In this document: piece by piece, positions 50,699 through 60,718 of the stretch
Position numbering within the stretch: position 1 is the stretch's first letter
Layout of the letters: the number at the start of each line of letters is the position of its first letter
Source of the DNA: an uncultured SAR116 cluster alpha proteobacterium
GTDB lineage: Bacteria > Pseudomonadota > Alphaproteobacteria > Puniceispirillales > Marisalimonadaceae
Length of the DNA stretch: 64,000 bases
Assembly (NCBI GenBank): GCA_902524215.1
Contig: CABZCK010000003.1
Span: 22,247 to 86,246 of the forward strand
Reading direction: 5' to 3'
Translations under genes and position numbers: made by a program
Notes under the pieces: model-generated
Told to the model about the DNA's origin: nothing
The model's database searches: none
The model's input: the letters and a program-made list of their open reading frames with translations, nothing else

Positions 50699-51207
50699 AT
50701 TTTTTCTGAAATTTTAATAGCTACTTTACAACCAGACTGAACAACAAATTTTAAAAATTTATATCCAGGTGTATCTTGTCCATCATGTTCAATTGCAATA
50801 TCCTTATGTTCTAATTCGTCATCTCTAAACTTAAGAAGCTTCTTTTTAAGACTTTTATATTTTTGTTCCGTCAATTGATCTGCTTGTTCTTCGTAATGCT
50901 TTCCGATTACTTCTTCAACAGCAATTGTACAGGCCATTGCTGCTTTTTTACCCATTGCAGCAGATATAACACCTAATCCGTAACCAGCGAGATTCCAAAT
51001 AGGTAACATAACAGTTGGCCTAACCTGATGCTTATTTAATAGATCATGAAAAGTATCTAGATGTTCTTTTTCTTGATCTTTCATATGTTGTATCATTGGC
51101 CCAACATCAGTTTTTCCTAAAACTTTTAATTGACCTTCATATATTTTGGCAGCACCAACTTCTCCGGCATGATCAACTCGTAAAATTTTATCTAGTTTAT
51201 TCTTCAT
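50695..51207 (-). CDS. coq7: demethoxyubiquinone hydroxylase (Coq7 di-iron family)
   Basis: 170 aa with LRVDHAGEVGA and two EXXH di-iron motifs (EKEHL, ELEH). Confidence 0.9.
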   Translation of the reverse strand: MKNKLDKILRVDHAGEVGAAKIYEGQLKVLGKTDVGPMIQHMKDQEKEHLDTFHDLLNKHQVRPTVMLPIWNLAGYGLGVISAAMGKKAAMACTIAVEEVIGKHYEEQADQLTEQKYKSLKKKLLKFRDDELEHKDIAIEHDGQDTPGYKFLKFVVQSGCKVAIKISEKI

Positions 51208-51692
51208 TTTGACACCTTATAAGTTTTATATAGTAAATATGATAAAATAATAAAGATACCCAAAGAGAATATTCCATTCCATCCAGCTAAACTAATATTA
51301 ACAATTTCAAATTGTGTTTCATCACATCTAATAGGACTTTTTGCTAACAATTGATCTAGAGTATTTTCATTAAAAATTAGATTTGAACTACATTCTGAAA
51401 ATCCTTTCCAAAATTTTTTTTCGATACCAAAGTGATAAAAAGCTAAAATGGAGCTGCCTAACCAAAGTAAATTTAAAATCGATAACATAATAAACTTTAA
51501 GTTAGAAAATATAGATAACGGAAAAACTAATAAACTTAAAATTAAAATAGAGATGTGGATAATTCTTTGTTTAATACACAAATCACAAGGTAAAAGAGAA
51601 AGATAAAATTCTAAAAAAAATGCTCCAAGAAGTAACCCTGAAGATACAAGTAAAGATAAGCTTGCATTTAAGTTATTTGATATAGTTTTCAT
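51204..51692 (-). CDS. dsbB: disulfide bond formation protein B-family protein
   Basis: About 162 aa from the internal ATG at 51692 (the track start at 51737 would overlap the upstream gene). It has four helices, a first-loop CDLC pair and a second-loop Cys pair. Confidence 0.65.
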   Translation of the reverse strand: MKTISNNLNASLSLLVSSGLLLGAFFLEFYLSLLPCDLCIKQRIIHISILILSLLVFPLSIFSNLKFIMLSILNLLWLGSSILAFYHFGIEKKFWKGFSECSSNLIFNENTLDQLLAKSPIRCDETQFEIVNISLAGWNGIFSLGIFIILSYLLYKTYKVSK

Positions 51693-51694
51693 TT

Positions 51695-52291
51695 TTAAAC
51701 AAATATTAAATATAACATTATAAGAATTAATCCGCATAAAGATGAAATTATAAAAGTATGTTTTTTCAAAAGATAAATACCTTTTTCACCAAAATTTTTA
51801 ACAATCAAACTTACCAAAAAAAATCTTAATCCTCTTCCAATCAAGGACATAACAAAAAAGGCTGCAATGTTGATATGAAAAACTCCACTTGTAACTGAAA
51901 TTATTTTAAATGGTAAAGGTGTAAATGCTCCTAAAAAAATTATTAAAATGCCGTGATCATCAAAAGCCTCTCTCACAGCATTAAAGCTATCATATTTAAT
52001 CCATGGAATAATAGTAAATAATTCTTCAATTTCTTCTCCTATAATATATCCCAAAAACCAACCAATTATTCCACCAAATACAGAAGCTAATGTACAAAAA
52101 ATAGTTAATTGTATATATTTTTCTTTATTATTTAAAACTAATATTGCTAACAAAGGATCGACTGGAATAGGAAAAAAAATAGCTTCAATAAAAGAAATAA
52201 AATAAAGTAACACTCTTGCATATATTGATTTAGATTGTTGAATTATTTTTTCAAAAAAAGAGCTATCTAGAATTTTGATTTTAGTTTTCAC
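51695..52291 (-). CDS. DedA/YqaA-family (VTT domain) membrane protein
   Basis: 198 aa. F.PIPVDPLL, a GR.LRF-like segment and the helix layout are as in YqaA/DedA. Confidence 0.7.
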   Translation of the reverse strand: MKTKIKILDSSFFEKIIQQSKSIYARVLLYFISFIEAIFFPIPVDPLLAILVLNNKEKYIQLTIFCTLASVFGGIIGWFLGYIIGEEIEELFTIIPWIKYDSFNAVREAFDDHGILIIFLGAFTPLPFKIISVTSGVFHINIAAFFVMSLIGRGLRFFLVSLIVKNFGEKGIYLLKKHTFIISSLCGLILIMLYLIFV

Positions 52292-52337
52292 ATTCGTATA
52301 ATTATACTAATATAAAATTTGTTAAAGGATAATATTT

Positions 52338-52422
52338 GGGGATATGGTGAAATTGGTAAACACGCTGGTCTCAAAAACCAGTGCCGCAAGGCTTCCCGGT
52401 TCGATTCCGGGTATCCCTACCA
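52338..52422 (+). tRNA. tRNA-Leu (anticodon CAA), type II with long variable arm, CCA encoded
   Basis: Manual fold: acceptor GGGGATA/TATCCCT (G1-U72), D arm GTGA-AATTGGTAAA-CAC, anticodon stem CTGGT/ACCAG with loop CTCAAAA, a 13-nt variable arm, T arm CCCGG-TTCGATT-CCGGG, and ACCA at the end. Confidence 0.9.
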
Positions 52423-52457
52423 AAAACTAAATTAAAATAATATTGATTTTTTTGAAT

Positions 52458-53708
52458 ATGAATTTTGTTGATCTAAATTTTATTGAAAAATGTATTTCTC
52501 AGTTAGCAAAATACACTGATAAAGATAGACCTTTTACTCGATTAGTTTTTAGTGAAGAATTTATTCAAGGTAGAGCTTGGTTAACTCAAAAGTTTAAAGA
52601 ACTTAATTTACTTACTAAAGTAGATGATGCAGGTAATTTAGTTGGAATCTACAAATCAAGTATTAATGCTTCTAAAAAAATATTAATTGGATCTCATATA
52701 GATACAGTAGCTTATGGTGGTAAATATGACGGTATTGCAGGAGTTGTTTCAGGCCTTGCAATTATAAAATCTTTATCAGATTACAATATTAAATTACCCT
52801 TTGACATTGAAGTTTATGATTATCTTGGTGAAGAACTCAATGATTGGAATATCTCTTGTATTGGTTCCAGGGGAATATGTGGCGCTTTGAGTGAAGGAAT
52901 GCTTAATAGTAAAAATTCAAAAGGAATTTTGCTAAAGGACGAAATTGATAGGATTGGAGGCAACACTGAAAATATCAATAAATTATCAAATCAATTTCAA
53001 AATGTTTTAGCATGTTTTGAACTTCATATAGAACAAGGTACAATCCTAGAAAATAAAGGAATTGATATTGGGGTAGTAGAATCGATGCCCAACATATCAA
53101 GACATAAAATTTTAATTCAAGGTCAAGCTGGACATAGCGGAACAACTTTGATGGAAAATAGAAAAGATGCTCTAGTTATAGCATCTAAATTGATAATGTC
53201 TATTAATAGGTTAGCAAAAGAAATCTCACAAAAAGATAATAGACATTTTGTGGCAACAGTTGGGAAAATTGAAGTCTCTCCAAATTATGTAACAATTATA
53301 CCTTCTGACGTAGAGTTTATAATTGACTTACGAGTTGTTAATGAAACATCAAGGAAACTTTTTTTAAATCAATTAAACAAAGAAATTATAAAATTAAAAA
53401 AATTGGAAAATTTAAAAATTAATTTTCAAAATCTTATGAATTCACCTTACGTAGAAATGAACAAAACTATTAATGAAAGTTTAAAAAAATCAGCAAATGA
53501 TTTAAACTTTACATTTATGTTGATGGATAGTGGTGCTGGACATGATACAGCTCATTTAGCTAAAGTTTCAAAAGCATCAATAATTTTCATTCCATGTCAA
53601 AATGGTTTAAGTCATTGCCCAGAGGAATTTACAAAAAGTATTAATATTAAAAAAGGTTCGGAGGTAATTTTAAGAAGTATTTTAGACTTAAAAGAAAATT
53701 ATAATTAA
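52458..53708 (+). CDS. M20-family amidohydrolase (allantoate amidohydrolase / N-carbamoyl-amino-acid hydrolase type)
   Basis: About 416 aa from the ATG at 52458. GSHIDTVAYGGKYDGIAGV, ELHIEQG and SGAGHD metal-ligand motifs are present. Confidence 0.8.
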   Translation: MNFVDLNFIEKCISQLAKYTDKDRPFTRLVFSEEFIQGRAWLTQKFKELNLLTKVDDAGNLVGIYKSSINASKKILIGSHIDTVAYGGKYDGIAGVVSGLAIIKSLSDYNIKLPFDIEVYDYLGEELNDWNISCIGSRGICGALSEGMLNSKNSKGILLKDEIDRIGGNTENINKLSNQFQNVLACFELHIEQGTILENKGIDIGVVESMPNISRHKILIQGQAGHSGTTLMENRKDALVIASKLIMSINRLAKEISQKDNRHFVATVGKIEVSPNYVTIIPSDVEFIIDLRVVNETSRKLFLNQLNKEIIKLKKLENLKINFQNLMNSPYVEMNKTINESLKKSANDLNFTFMLMDSGAGHDTAHLAKVSKASIIFIPCQNGLSHCPEEFTKSINIKKGSEVILRSILDLKENYN

Positions 53709-53730
53709 ATAATATAATAACTTAATAAAA

Positions 53731-54276
53731 TTACTTTACAAAACTTATTTCTTTAACAATTAATTTTGCATCGTAGTCTTTTCCTAGGGCTACTATTGCA
53801 ATTGACACAATATTATTAGGGTTAATCCTTTTTGGTAAAAGATATCCAAATTGTTTGAAATCGCTTAAAGGTAAAACAAAGCTTTTAAAATTATTTTCAA
53901 CAACAAATGATGACTGATAATATTGCCATGGTAAAACAGTAAAAGTTGTTCTTAGATGTATAAAATATTTCTCATAATTTCCTTTTGCAATAATCGTTAC
54001 TTTTTTTACGTTATTCAAGTTAACATCATTTAAATTTCTTCTTATTTGAATGAAACCACCATTATTTTTTGTAGATACATTGCCAGTTAAAATTACAGCG
54101 TCATCATCACCTATTTTTTGATAATTAAATTGACCTTGAGAAACACCGCCCATAACTTGATCTGTTATAATCTTCCAGTTTGTATCTGTGGTGAATTTAT
54201 CAGTAAAAACAATTTCTGAATGTGATTTAAAACTCATAGACAGAATAAATATAATGAAAAAAATTTTTTTATACAT
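53731..54276 (-). CDS. secreted CIA30-domain protein
   Basis: 181 aa with a signal peptide. W..ITDQVMGGVSQG is the hallmark of the complex I intermediate-associated protein 30 domain. Confidence 0.6.
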   Translation of the reverse strand: MYKKIFFIIFILSMSFKSHSEIVFTDKFTTDTNWKIITDQVMGGVSQGQFNYQKIGDDDAVILTGNVSTKNNGGFIQIRRNLNDVNLNNVKKVTIIAKGNYEKYFIHLRTTFTVLPWQYYQSSFVVENNFKSFVLPLSDFKQFGYLLPKRINPNNIVSIAIVALGKDYDAKLIVKEISFVK

Positions 54277-54280
54277 TATT

Positions 54281-54961
54281 TTACAAAATTTTAATTAAGT
54301 TTGAAATTTCTTTATCTTTAATATTGATTTCTTCCAAACTTTTTGCAGTATTTTTTAAATATTCTGAACAGCTTCCTAAAAAACCTGATGCTTTTGAAAT
54401 TAAATTTATTTTTTTATAATAGCATTTTTCTCCAAAATAATTTTTATGATTTTTATCAACTGTAAAAGCTATTGCTTTAACTCTTCTTCCATTGCTTAAG
54501 TGAGCATTTAGTAATTTTGGAACATAAGCTTTAGTAACCATTTCTCTCTTGAAAAGAATATCTATATTTTTTAAAGCATTTCCTTTATTTAGTTTAAATA
54601 AGATCCCTTTACATGAGCCACCTTTATCTAAACCAAGCATTAATCCTGGGTTTTCATAAGATCCTCGTCCAAGTTTTGTTAACATACAAAAACTTCTGTG
54701 AAACCCGTATATTTTCCCAAAAACTTGTTTCTCAAAATCAATGGTAGGGTTCCATAATAAAGAACCATATGCGAAAACATATAAGTTTTTATTTTTAACT
54801 AATGGAGGTAAAATTTTATTTCTTTCTTCAATAAGTTCTTCGTCAGTTAAGACCTTGTCACTTCCATCAATTTTACTTATAATTTCCCTAATATAACCAT
54901 CATTTATATTATTTTTGGTAAGCTTTATTTTTCCATCATTAAGTTTTTTAGTTATTTTCAT
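54281..54961 (-). CDS. ChaC-family gamma-glutamylcyclotransferase
   Basis: 226 aa. VFAYGSLLWNP and GLMLGLDKGGSCKG match ChaC (glutathione-specific gamma-glutamylcyclotransferase). Confidence 0.8.
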   Translation of the reverse strand: MKITKKLNDGKIKLTKNNINDGYIREIISKIDGSDKVLTDEELIEERNKILPPLVKNKNLYVFAYGSLLWNPTIDFEKQVFGKIYGFHRSFCMLTKLGRGSYENPGLMLGLDKGGSCKGILFKLNKGNALKNIDILFKREMVTKAYVPKLLNAHLSNGRRVKAIAFTVDKNHKNYFGEKCYYKKINLISKASGFLGSCSEYLKNTAKSLEEINIKDKEISNLIKIL

Positions 54962-55809
54962 TTTTTAGAAGGTATTGTGTTAATTACTCTATGAGGATAT
55001 GGAATTTCAATTCCAGCTTCATCAAGCGCAGGCTTTAATTTTCTCATCAAATCTGTATATAAATTATACCAATCATTGGTATTTGCGTACAATCTCAATC
55101 TCACAGTAATTGCACTATCATCATAGCTCATAACAAGAAATTGAGGGTCCTTTGGTTTTCTTAACACTCTTTTGTCATCAGCTAATTTTAAAAGAGTTTG
55201 AGATGCTAGTTCAAGATCAGTGTCATAGTGAATTCCAATATCAACATCAATTCTTCGAGTATCATAATGGGAATGATTTTTTATTGTATTATTCCAAATA
55301 CTTGAATTTGGAATTGATACAAAAACATTATCAAAAGTGTTGATAATTGTTGTAAATAGCCCAACCTCCTTAATTGTTCCGGAAATATCAGTTGTTTCAA
55401 CCCAATCACCACTCTTGAAAGGTCTAAGCAGTAAAAGCATAACACCAGCTGCTACGTTTGATAATGTTCCTTGTAAAGCGAGACCAATAGCTAAACCAGC
55501 AGCACCTAAAACGGCAATAATTGATGTTGTTTGAACGCCAAACTGGCCAAGAACTGCAATAATCGTCAGTACGATTATACCATATCTAACAACATTACCA
55601 ATTACGGGCACGATAAGAGGATCTAGTTTTTTAAATTTTTCTAGATTATTTCTTACAATTCTTCCAAGTTTGCCAGCTAAATAGAAACCTAGAATTAATA
55701 TTAATGCGGCGCCAATTATTTGTCCTGTGTAAGAAACAGAAATTTCGATAAAATTTTGAATAAGATTGCTCAAAATTTCCATGTCTAATTCAAAATTATT
55801 TTTATTCAC
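54958..55809 (-). CDS. small-conductance mechanosensitive channel (MscS family)
   Basis: 283 aa with three N-terminal helices, the pore helix AAGLAIGLALQGTLSN.AAG and beta-domain motifs FKSGDWV and PNS...N. Confidence 0.9.
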   Translation of the reverse strand: MNKNNFELDMEILSNLIQNFIEISVSYTGQIIGAALILILGFYLAGKLGRIVRNNLEKFKKLDPLIVPVIGNVVRYGIIVLTIIAVLGQFGVQTTSIIAVLGAAGLAIGLALQGTLSNVAAGVMLLLLRPFKSGDWVETTDISGTIKEVGLFTTIINTFDNVFVSIPNSSIWNNTIKNHSHYDTRRIDVDIGIHYDTDLELASQTLLKLADDKRVLRKPKDPQFLVMSYDDSAITVRLRLYANTNDWYNLYTDLMRKLKPALDEAGIEIPYPHRVINTIPSKK

Positions 55810-55906
55810 TTTTTCCTCTAAAAGAGTTAATAAAACAATACAAATAATTATATACTATACATAATAAGATATTTTATATAACTAAAAATTTTGCAAGTAA
55901 TTGACA

Positions 55907-56890
55907 ATGAAATTAATAGATATTCATATTTCTAAAGACAAAGTTTTTTATACTAAAAACTATAATTCTAAAATTGTAGCAGCAATCGGTAATTTTGATG
56001 GATTACATAAAGGGCATGAAAAACTTTTAAAACTTTCAAAAAAAGATGCAGCTAATCTTAATTTACCTTTTGGTATAGTTACCTTTGATCCTCATCCAAG
56101 AGACTTTTTTTTAAAATCACAATCTAATTTTTTATTAACGGATTTTTTAGAAAAAAAAAGATTATTTCAAAATTTAGGAATAGATTATCTCTTTAAAATA
56201 AAATTTAATGATGATTTAAGAATATTGAAGCCAGAAAATTTTGTTGAATTAATTTTAAAAAATACAATTAATACAGATTGTATTTATGCAGGTGAAAATT
56301 TTAGATTTGGAAAAAATAGAGAAGGTTCATTTGCAGATAAAGTACTTTTTCAAAGATTTAATATCGATTCTAAAACTTGTAAATTGCACAAAAATAAAAA
56401 TGACCAAATAGTCAGCTCACAAATAATTAGAAAATCAATCTTAAGTTTAGATTTTAAATTAGTTAAATCTTGTTTAGGTCGAAATTGGGCTTTGACTGGT
56501 AATGTTAAAAAAGGGGATCAAAATGGAAGAAAACTTGGTTTCGCGACTGCAAATTTAGAATTATTAAAAACCTTAGAACCTAGATATGGAGTTTATTTTA
56601 CTAGAACACGAATCATGAAGCAGGATGGTAGTGACTTTACTTCTGAATATATGCCATCAATTACAAATTTTGGAATTAGACCAACATTAGATGGGCAAAA
56701 AAAACTTTTCGAAACACATATTCTTGATTACGAAAATTATTTCAAAGAAAAAGATATTTATGATCATAGAATTTATGTTGAAGTATTAGATTTTTTAAGA
56801 GATGAAAAAAAATTTAATTCTTTTGAAGACTTGAAGGGTCAAATATCTAAGGATGTGGAAACTGCAAAACTTTTTCATAAAAATAAATAA
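55907..56890 (+). CDS. ribF: bifunctional riboflavin kinase / FMN adenylyltransferase
   Basis: About 327 aa from the ATG at 55907. It has GNFDGLHKGH, FDPHP and a C-terminal kinase region GFATANL...E.H. ribF-ileS-lspA synteny supports the call. Confidence 0.9.
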   Translation: MKLIDIHISKDKVFYTKNYNSKIVAAIGNFDGLHKGHEKLLKLSKKDAANLNLPFGIVTFDPHPRDFFLKSQSNFLLTDFLEKKRLFQNLGIDYLFKIKFNDDLRILKPENFVELILKNTINTDCIYAGENFRFGKNREGSFADKVLFQRFNIDSKTCKLHKNKNDQIVSSQIIRKSILSLDFKLVKSCLGRNWALTGNVKKGDQNGRKLGFATANLELLKTLEPRYGVYFTRTRIMKQDGSDFTSEYMPSITNFGIRPTLDGQKKLFETHILDYENYFKEKDIYDHRIYVEVLDFLRDEKKFNSFEDLKGQISKDVETAKLFHKNK

Positions 56891-56944
56891 TGAAATTAAT
56901 TCTAAAAATGGTATTTAGTTAATAATTAACTAAAGGTTTTTAAA

Positions 56945-59719
56945 ATGTCTGAATATAAAGATACTGTATTTTTACCTAAAACAAATTTCTCTATGAGGGC
57001 GGGACTTCCAAAGAAAGAACCAGAGATTTTAAAGTTTTGGAAAGAAATAGACATTTATTCGAAATTAAGAAGTGCAAGAAAAGGTAAAGAATTATTTGTG
57101 CTGCATGACGGCCCACCATATGCAAATGGTAATCTTCACATCGGTCATGCATTAAACAAGATATTAAAAGACATAATCAATAGATCTCAATCGATGCTTG
57201 GCAAAGACGCCAATTATGTTCCAGGATGGGATTGTCATGGCCTACCGATCGAATGGAAAATAGAAGAAAATTATAGAAAGAAAAAAAAGAATAAAGATGA
57301 AATTCCTATTATAGATTTTAGAAAAGAGTGTAGAGAATTTGCTGATAAATGGATGAATATTCAAAGTAAAGAATTTGAACGATTAGGTGTTTGTGGTGAT
57401 TGGAAGGATCCCTACTCAACAATGAAATTTGAATCTGAAGCAAAAATAATGTCAGAAATTGGTAAATTTTTAATGAATGGAGGACTTTATAGAGGTGTTA
57501 AGCCAGTTATGTGGTCCACAGTAGAAAAAACTGCCTTAGCTGAAGCTGAAATTGAGTATCATGAACATAGAAGTACTACAATTTATGTAAGGTTTCCTAT
57601 TTATAAAACTGAAATTGAAGATTTAAAAAATTCAAACATTATCATTTGGACAACTACACCTTGGACCATTCCGGGTAATAGAGCTGTTGCCTACAAAGCT
57701 GATCTTAAATATTTGCTTATCGAAGTTTTATCAACAAGTGAAGATTCTATTGCTAAAATATCTGATAAAGTAATTGTTGCAGAAGAATTATTGGATAGTT
57801 TCATTGAAGATACTTTTATTGAAAAGTTTAATGTTACATCAAAAATAGAAGGAAAAGAACTAGAAGGAACAATTTTAAAACATCCTTTGAATAAACAAGG
57901 TTATGATTTTGATGTACCTTTATTAGAAGCTAATTTTGTTACTACTGAACAAGGGACAGGTTTTGTCCATATAGCACCTGGTCATGGAGCAGATGATTTT
58001 GAGCTGGGAAGAAAGCATTCTCTACCAACGCTTGAGACTGTAGAAGATGATGGCTATTTAAAAGAAACATTGCCATTATTTGGTGGATTGCACGTTCTTC
58101 GAGATAATGAAAAAATGGCAGATATTTTATCTGAAAATGAATGTCTTATTGGTAGAGGAACTATTAATCACTCTTATCCACATAGCTGGAGGTCTAAAGC
58201 ACCTTTAATTTTTAGAACTACACCGCAGTGGTTTATATCTATGAATGAAAATGATTTAAGAAAAAAATCATTAAAAAGTATTTCAGAAACAAATTTTTTT
58301 CCATCCCAAGGCGCAAACCGTTTATCAAGTATGATAAAGAATAGACCTGATTGGTGTATATCAAGGCAAAGAGCTTGGGGCGTCCCAATTGGAATTTTTT
58401 ATAATAAAACATCACTTGAGCCTTTAAGAGATCAAGAAGTTTTAGATAGAGTTATAAAATCTTTTAAAGAGCACGGAGCGGATGCATGGTATAAATTTGA
58501 TGCTTCTTTTTATCTAGGTGAAAAGTATAAACCAGAAGATTACATAAAAGTTACAGATATTGCTGATGTCTGGTTTGATTCTGGTTCTACACATACATAT
58601 GTCTTAGAAGATAGGAATGATCTTAAATGGCCTGCTTCCTTATATTTAGAGGGCACAGATCAGCATAGAGGCTGGTTTCATTCTTCATTGTTAGAATCTT
58701 GTGGTACTCGAGGTGTCGCTCCTTTTGAATCAGTTTTAACTCATGGATTTGTGTTAGATGAAAATGGGCGAAAAATGTCTAAGTCATTAGGAAATGTAAC
58801 CTCACCGCAAGATGTTTTGAAGGAGTATGGTGCTGATATTTTAAGATTATGGGTTATAGGTTCAGATTACTATGACGATTTAAGAATTGGTAAAGAAATT
58901 TTAGTAAGACATGCCGATCATTATAGAAGACTTAGAAATACTTTAAGATATCTTTTAGGAGCTTTAAGTGATTTTGATAAAATAGAAACTATAGGTTATT
59001 CAGAAATGCCTGAGATTGAAAGATGGGTTTTAAATAAAGTTTATGAATTATCAAAAAAAATAAATAAATTAACTCAAAATTATCAACTTGGGGACATTTA
59101 TAGAGAAGTTTATGATTTTTGTAATGATGACTTATCTTCATTTTATTTTGATATTAGAAAAGACACTTTATATTGTTCAAGCTATGATAGCGTTGAAAGA
59201 AGATCATACAGAACAGTTTTGGATATTTTATTTAAGTGTATTTGCACATGGTTGGCACCAATACTTTGTTTTACAACTGAAGAAGCATGGAAAACTCAAA
59301 ATATCGATAAAAATGAATCTGTTCATTTAAAAGAATACTTCAAACCTAGTGATCTTTGGAAAGATGACACCCTGTCAAAAAAATGGGAAATTATTAGAAA
59401 TTTAAGATTAACGGTAACAAATAAAATTGAAGAGAAAAGAAGAGAAGGTTTGATAGGTTCAAGTTTAGAAGCTGTGATAAATTTGAAGGTTACCACTAAT
59501 TATTTCAAAAATTTAAGCAATTTAAATTTATCAGAAATATTTATATGTTCTAAAGTTGAGTGTAAAGTTTTTAATGATCTAAAAAATGACGAAGTTAGAG
59601 TTGATTGTGGAAAAGTGTCTGGTTTAAAATGTGAGAGATGTTGGAAAATTTCAGATGATGTAAATATTGATACTGTATTATGTCCAAGATGCACAGATGT
59701 AGTTAACACTTTAAAATAA
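56945..59719 (+). CDS. ileS: isoleucine--tRNA ligase
   Basis: 924 aa with the HIGH motif (NLHIGH), KMSKS, a CP1 editing domain and a C-terminal zinc ribbon CERCWK...CPRC. Confidence 0.97.
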   Translation: MSEYKDTVFLPKTNFSMRAGLPKKEPEILKFWKEIDIYSKLRSARKGKELFVLHDGPPYANGNLHIGHALNKILKDIINRSQSMLGKDANYVPGWDCHGLPIEWKIEENYRKKKKNKDEIPIIDFRKECREFADKWMNIQSKEFERLGVCGDWKDPYSTMKFESEAKIMSEIGKFLMNGGLYRGVKPVMWSTVEKTALAEAEIEYHEHRSTTIYVRFPIYKTEIEDLKNSNIIIWTTTPWTIPGNRAVAYKADLKYLLIEVLSTSEDSIAKISDKVIVAEELLDSFIEDTFIEKFNVTSKIEGKELEGTILKHPLNKQGYDFDVPLLEANFVTTEQGTGFVHIAPGHGADDFELGRKHSLPTLETVEDDGYLKETLPLFGGLHVLRDNEKMADILSENECLIGRGTINHSYPHSWRSKAPLIFRTTPQWFISMNENDLRKKSLKSISETNFFPSQGANRLSSMIKNRPDWCISRQRAWGVPIGIFYNKTSLEPLRDQEVLDRVIKSFKEHGADAWYKFDASFYLGEKYKPEDYIKVTDIADVWFDSGSTHTYVLEDRNDLKWPASLYLEGTDQHRGWFHSSLLESCGTRGVAPFESVLTHGFVLDENGRKMSKSLGNVTSPQDVLKEYGADILRLWVIGSDYYDDLRIGKEILVRHADHYRRLRNTLRYLLGALSDFDKIETIGYSEMPEIERWVLNKVYELSKKINKLTQNYQLGDIYREVYDFCNDDLSSFYFDIRKDTLYCSSYDSVERRSYRTVLDILFKCICTWLAPILCFTTEEAWKTQNIDKNESVHLKEYFKPSDLWKDDTLSKKWEIIRNLRLTVTNKIEEKRREGLIGSSLEAVINLKVTTNYFKNLSNLNLSEIFICSKVECKVFNDLKNDEVRVDCGKVSGLKCERCWKISDDVNIDTVLCPRCTDVVNTLK

Positions 59720-59720
59720 T

Positions 59721-60206
59721 ATGAGTATTAGAAAATTTATAATGGGTGTAATTTTAATTTTATCCACAACAATATTTATAGACCAATTAACGAAATATAT
59801 AGCGCTTATAGTTTTATTTAAAGAGCAACAAATTTTAATAATAAATCCTTATTTAAATTTTAGACCAGTTTGGAATGATGGTATTTCTTTTGGAATGCTT
59901 CAGGGATATGGTAATACTGGCAGAGTTACGTTTATAATAATAGCCTCTATTATAAGCTTGTGTATTATAAAATTTTCTAAAAAACTAAATATCATTGGTT
60001 TTACTGGCTATAATATGATCGCTGGTGGAGCTATTGGCAATATTTTAGATAGAGTAGTTCATGGTAAAGTTGTAGATTTTATTGATGTTCATTATAAAGA
60101 ATATCATTGGCCGGCATTTAACATGGCAGATAGTTTTATTTTTATAGGTGTGTTATTATTTATATATAATGAGTTAATGGTTTTAAGGGGTAGAAAAAAT
60201 GTTTAA
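59721..60206 (+). CDS. lspA: lipoprotein signal peptidase (signal peptidase II)
   Basis: 161 aa with four helices, NDGISFG and FNMADSFI catalytic Asp motifs. It lies directly after ileS. Confidence 0.9.
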   Translation: MSIRKFIMGVILILSTTIFIDQLTKYIALIVLFKEQQILIINPYLNFRPVWNDGISFGMLQGYGNTGRVTFIIIASIISLCIIKFSKKLNIIGFTGYNMIAGGAIGNILDRVVHGKVVDFIDVHYKEYHWPAFNMADSFIFIGVLLFIYNELMVLRGRKNV

Positions 60207-60711
60207 TTTTATTTTAGATTTAAGAAAATTAAGTATATTTGTATTACTTATATTCTTAAGCTTTCTTAGTTCAGGATGTTCAGATTTTAGACAAGCTATT
60301 GGAAAAGAAAAATTTATTCCAAATGAATATTCATTTTTAAATACACCCAAGCTTATTATGCCACCAGAATTTGCTAATACAGATAATATTATTGAAAAAG
60401 GAAATTCTATTAATAAAACACCTGAATTAAGTTTAAAAAATAAAGATAATAAATCAGGATTTGAAACTTTTTTTAATTTTAATTTAGTGCCTAAAGACAT
60501 AAGAAAAATGGTTGATGATGAAAATTTAGGTATTAGTAGCAGTCAACGAACTGGCCTAGACGTTCTTTTTGGTAATAACCCAAAAATTGGGGTTTATCTA
60601 GATTCTGAAAAAGAATCGTTAAGAATTAAAAATAATAAAGAAAAGTCTCTTTTATCCAACCCTTCACCTTCTATAAATACAACTGATGATAAGAAGATAT
60701 TAATTAAATAA
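60199..60711 (+). CDS. DUF3035-family lipoprotein (BamF-like)
   Basis: 170 aa with the lipobox LSSGCS and a PNEY...PP.F segment, as in alphaproteobacterial DUF3035 lipoproteins. Confidence 0.6.
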   Translation: MFNFILDLRKLSIFVLLIFLSFLSSGCSDFRQAIGKEKFIPNEYSFLNTPKLIMPPEFANTDNIIEKGNSINKTPELSLKNKDNKSGFETFFNFNLVPKDIRKMVDDENLGISSSQRTGLDVLFGNNPKIGVYLDSEKESLRIKNNKEKSLLSNPSPSINTTDDKKILIK

Positions 60712-60718
60712 GAAAACT

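Noticed and set aside
52292-53730. tRNA-Leu as a possible genomic-island integration site
   Set aside because: There is no integrase and no visible direct repeat of the tRNA 3' end downstream. The downstream genes (M20 hydrolase, CIA30, ChaC, MscS) look like ordinary chromosomal genes with the same composition.
56914-56934. Perfect 21-bp palindrome TTTAGTTAAT-A-ATTAACTAAA in the ribF-ileS spacer (possible operator or attenuator)
   Set aside because: It is composed almost entirely of A and T. A rough estimate suggests a few such 10-bp inverted repeats are expected by chance in 64 kb at this composition. There is no T-tract or second copy to support a function.
60183-60500. 105-aa minus-strand ORF spanning the lspA / DUF3035 junction
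   Set aside because: The plus-strand reading gives a lipobox (LSSGCS) directly after lspA and a family-like PNEY...PP.F segment. The minus-strand product has no features. The plus-strand gene is preferred.
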